Source: Pachysolen tannophilus NRRL Y-2460
Taxonomy: Eukaryota
Direction: 5' to 3'
Length of the DNA stretch: 64,000 bases
Assembly: GCA_001661245.1 (NCBI GenBank)
Contig: KV454018.1
Span: 121,944-185,943, forward strand
Shown in pieces: positions 60,395 through 64,000 of the stretch (position 1 is the first letter of the stretch; every line of letters starts with the position of its first letter). Under the pieces are notes generated by a model. The model was not told the DNA's origin. It did no database searches and was given only the letters and a program-made list of their open reading frames with translations. A program made the position numbers and the translations under genes.

Positions 60395-61450
60395 ATGTCT
60401 GGATTTAAGACGGAGGAGGAGCTTCGGAGCTTGTTGTCTTCTTTTAAGGAAGGATTGGAGCATTGGAAGTTGTTATTTTCTGATCCTGAGCAGACAACTC
60501 AGGTCAAATCATCAGCAGTTAAAGAACCTATAATAGAATTAGTTAAGTTAAATAAATTGATTCATGCTCATACAACAAAACTTGGAATTGTGTTTAAACC
60601 TCCAATTAAAGAAATAACGGCTGCTTATAAAACTGTTAAAGAAAATTCTGAGACTTTTGTGTTATTAATTAGTTTACTTTGTCAATTAAATAATGAAGAA
60701 AGGAAATATTCTAAAATATATCTCAATGAAATAATATCTATTGTGAAGCAACTTCTCATTTCAGAAGAGGAATTAATTATTGAATTGGAGAGTATAAGTT
60801 CAAATTTAAAAGGTGGAAAAGACTATGAGAATGAGGTGGATGAGAGACTTGTTTCAGTTGGTAAAATTTGGGAAAGATGTGATCAGTTGGTTAAAATTTG
60901 TGAATTGGGTAAAGTAAACTATTTGAAATTAAAAATTAAAGATTCAATATCAATAATTTCGGATGCTTTAGAGGAATTTGATGAATGGATAGAAAACCCA
61001 AATGAATTTGATGGAGATGATCCGTTCGGACTCGATGATACTAATAGTGATGCAGAAGATAATCAGGAACCTCCTTCATCTGAAGAAAATGAAGTAGATA
61101 AAGAACATGATGAAGAATACTGGAAAGAAACCTTAGATTTTGCTAAAAAATATTCTCAAAAAATTAAAATGATAAAATTGTTATTATCTTCATTTTTAAA
61201 ATCAATTCCAGCAGTAATCAATGGTCTTGAAGTTGATTTATTAAATTCAAAACAACAAAAATTTTCAGAACTAGTGGATGATTTAGTTTGCTATATGATG
61301 GTTGATAATGACGTGAATCAAAGTGAAAAGTTGTTGAATATTTTGAAGAAAGAATGTGATGCTGTTATCAAGTTGGTTATTGATTTGAACAAGAACGATG
61401 AAAAGAAGGAAAAATGGCTACTAACATGGCAAAATAAATTTAGAGAGTGA
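60395..61450 (+). CDS. GCIP/CCNDBP1-like helical protein
   Basis: HAHTTKLGIVFKP, SVGKIWERCD and DALEEFDEW followed by an acidic tract resemble the GCIP domain family. ATG at 60395. Confidence 0.65.
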   Translation: MSGFKTEEELRSLLSSFKEGLEHWKLLFSDPEQTTQVKSSAVKEPIIELVKLNKLIHAHTTKLGIVFKPPIKEITAAYKTVKENSETFVLLISLLCQLNNEERKYSKIYLNEIISIVKQLLISEEELIIELESISSNLKGGKDYENEVDERLVSVGKIWERCDQLVKICELGKVNYLKLKIKDSISIISDALEEFDEWIENPNEFDGDDPFGLDDTNSDAEDNQEPPSSEENEVDKEHDEEYWKETLDFAKKYSQKIKMIKLLLSSFLKSIPAVINGLEVDLLNSKQQKFSELVDDLVCYMMVDNDVNQSEKLLNILKKECDAVIKLVIDLNKNDEKKEKWLLTWQNKFRE

Positions 61451-61574
61451 TTAGTTATCATTGTAAAGTAAATATTTTACGAATTAATAATAAAAAAAGC
61501 ATTTGAAGAGCAATTGCATCTTGAATACATTAAAAAATGAAAGACTCCTAAAAATTACATACACCTCACAAACT

Positions 61575-61861
61575 TTACTCATCCATTTCTTCATCTTCAT
61601 CTTCTTCTTCCTCTGCCTCTGCCTCTTCCTCTTCCTCTTCATCAAGACCACTGGAATGTCCAGAATGGAATGTATTTGGTGAATCAGCTAAAGACTGCGG
61701 GAGCTCCTCCTTATTTCTGTTTGGAACGACTCTTTCTATCTCTTCATCATCTTCTTCATTTTCTTCCTCCTCTTGAATAGCACTCACACCACCAGTATCT
61801 TTATTAAGATTGCCAATAACGCTCTTTCTTATTGGGGTAGATTGAGATGAGCTGACTCTGC

Positions 61862-61895
<34 letters not shown>

Positions 61896-64000
61896 TGCAT
61901 GTTCATTTTCAACAGTAGCAGAAGTATTCGTAGCTGTCGTGCGTCTTTCCTGTTGAGTTGTTTTCAGAAGATCATCATCGATTATTTTTTGAAATAATCC
62001 ACCAAGTTGTTCTTTATTCAATGATATTCTCTTCACCATTTTTTTATTCAAAAAATCCAAGTTTTTCAATATCAATAGTTTTAACAAAAATAAACAAAGA
62101 GAATTTTCCGCTTCTTTTACTTTCTTAGCTGATTTCGCTATTCTTGCTTGCTCCAATTCCTCTGATTCTTCTTGATTTTCGATTTCTTCCTCTTCGTCAT
62201 CATTCTCTTCTAAAGATTCGAAATTAACATCCTCCTCCTCATCTCTGTCTAATTGTAAGTGTAAATGTTTAGCTAAATCGTTTTCTTTAATCAAAAATAA
62301 TTTCATTAATGATGATAACAAATTTTCATCTAACAGTAGAGGAACATCAAGATCAAAAAATACTTTAATATCTGCTAATTTATCATCATTTTCAAAATCC
62401 TGCATTGTATGAGTTATTTTAATACTGAAGATTTTTAAAGAACTCAATAAATCAATTAAATATTTAGATGCTTCAATCCTCAAGACCGTAGAATTATCAT
62501 CATCAGTTATTACTTTTCTCAAACTTTCACTTATGAACTTGATATTACTCAAAAAAGAAGAAATTTTAAAGCTGTTATTCTCATTTTGCAATAAATGATT
62601 TCTATTGTTCAACAAGGTCTCCAACTTCCAACTTGCGTAATTAGAGAAAAACTTGAAAATAATTAAAATTGAGTCCATCTCATCAATTTTAGCATCTTCA
62701 TTTTGTAAACACTTTTCGCATATCAATTCAATTATTGATTTATCCTTAATATTACTCTTGAATTCACCATCAACATCCATATCGCTAACATCATCCTTCG
62801 TGATATCATCCAATTGTTGAGTAATGTTAATACTAGACGCGATTATTAATAATTTATTCAAAGTTTTACCAATTTGAGATATCGTACCAGAAAGTGATGA
62901 TTCCTTCAAATACTGATGAAGTTCAGAAATTAGTTCTGCTATTAGCGATTGCGTCATCAATCTTACGTCTTGATCTTCAACTGTTACTCTGTTTGAACCC
63001 ACAATACTTTTGAAAAACAGAATAAATTGTAATTTGGATTCTTTATCATACAACTTCAAATCCAATTCCCTGAATATTTTCAAGATTCTATCAGTCAATT
63101 TGTATAAAATACTCATGTTATTCGAATTTTGCTGCCTCTTATTATACTTGAATATAATTTCAAAAACTGATAAAAACACCAATAACGAATCTTGATCGTT
63201 TTTGAAAAACTCTAATAATTGAGAAATATGAGTTATTAGTTTATTGGAGATGAAATCTTTTTCGTTAGCGGTCTCTAATTCTTTACTTTGTTTTTTCTTT
63301 TCCTGCTGTGATCTCAACAATGTACCAAGATAATCATTATCTTTATCATCATCGTCATGAAAATGCATCGCAGTAATACCCATCAGAAAGTTTAACAATA
63401 TTTTAGAATCTGAAGTTGATAATTCAACTTTTGATGTAATCGCATCATCAACCAATTCAACAGAACTCAAATCAAAAAGTAAATATTTAACTATAAACTC
63501 AATTAAGGACGGTGAGTAATATTGTGGTAATAAGTACAACAATTTAGAGACTCGACTAAATTTTTCAATTTTATTAGAATCTTTTTTTTCGAAATTTGAG
63601 TATTCAGCTAAGAAAAAATCAAATGATTTTGCTAAAATATCAATTAAACTTTTAAACTTGATCATCAAGTTTAAATCAATGCCAAACAGCTTTTCATTAA
63701 TTAGGATATTTTCATTAAAATTATCTTTGAATTCTTTAGTTTGTTCCATTTCAAAGAGACTGATAAATTTGATCAATTCATGTTGTAATTTGTTGAATTT
63801 GTTATTAGTGTTACAAGTCAAATTCAATTTATTATTTTGATCACAAAAGGCTAATGCAGTTACAGATAAGATCTCTTCATCTTCCAAGAACCCAATTTTA
63901 CCTATTTCGAATATAACCATTATAGCGTGTAATCTTACCTGGTAATCAGAGTCATAAATACACATTTCAATTAATCTTTTTTTGAATCTTTCAGTAAATT
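61575..64000 (-). CDS. IRR1: Cohesin subunit Scc3/STAG, 5'-truncated by the window edge
   Basis: Frame is open to the window end (FTERFKKRLIEMCIYDSDYQVR, an Scc3-like motif). HEAT-like body and acidic tail. Near EMC5/YKE4, as YIL026C is. Confidence 0.85.

Noticed and set aside
1..64000. tRNA, rRNA, LTR/transposon, CRISPR or prokaryotic defence systems
   Set aside because: No A/B-box cloverleaf, rRNA, RT/integrase/transposase motif or spaced direct-repeat array seen by eye; small ncRNAs cannot be excluded without a covariance-model scan.

Overview
AT-rich eukaryotic DNA from a budding yeast (Saccharomycotina). It holds about 30 protein-coding genes, one N-gap, and no recognisable tRNA, rRNA, transposon or CRISPR. 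Main result: in-frame CTG codons fall where homologues have Ala or another small residue (Cdc27 twice, Glo3, Bna4, CK2alpha, a Ymr226c-like SDR). This points to the CUG=Ala alternative nuclear code of the Pachysolen/Nakazawaea/Peterozyma clade, so the standard-code ORF track mistranslates these codons. Eight spliceosomal introns missed by the ORF track restore the N-termini of LSM4, TEL1, RPL23 and CAP2. They also reveal two three-exon genes: a probable MEI4/Rec24 orthologue with a non-consensus second intron, and a CBM48 protein with AIM-like motifs resembling the glycogen autophagy receptor Atg45 (YIL024C). Gene content matches S. cerevisiae neighbourhoods YBL084-098/YER112-122, YIL033-035/YER044, YFR037-038 and YIL023-027. 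Also seen: a cryptic PTC-generating acceptor inside the RPL23 intron, a Homol-D plus Tbf1 ribosomal-protein promoter, Mcm1-type sites and several palindromes. All homologue comparisons are from memory; no searches were run.
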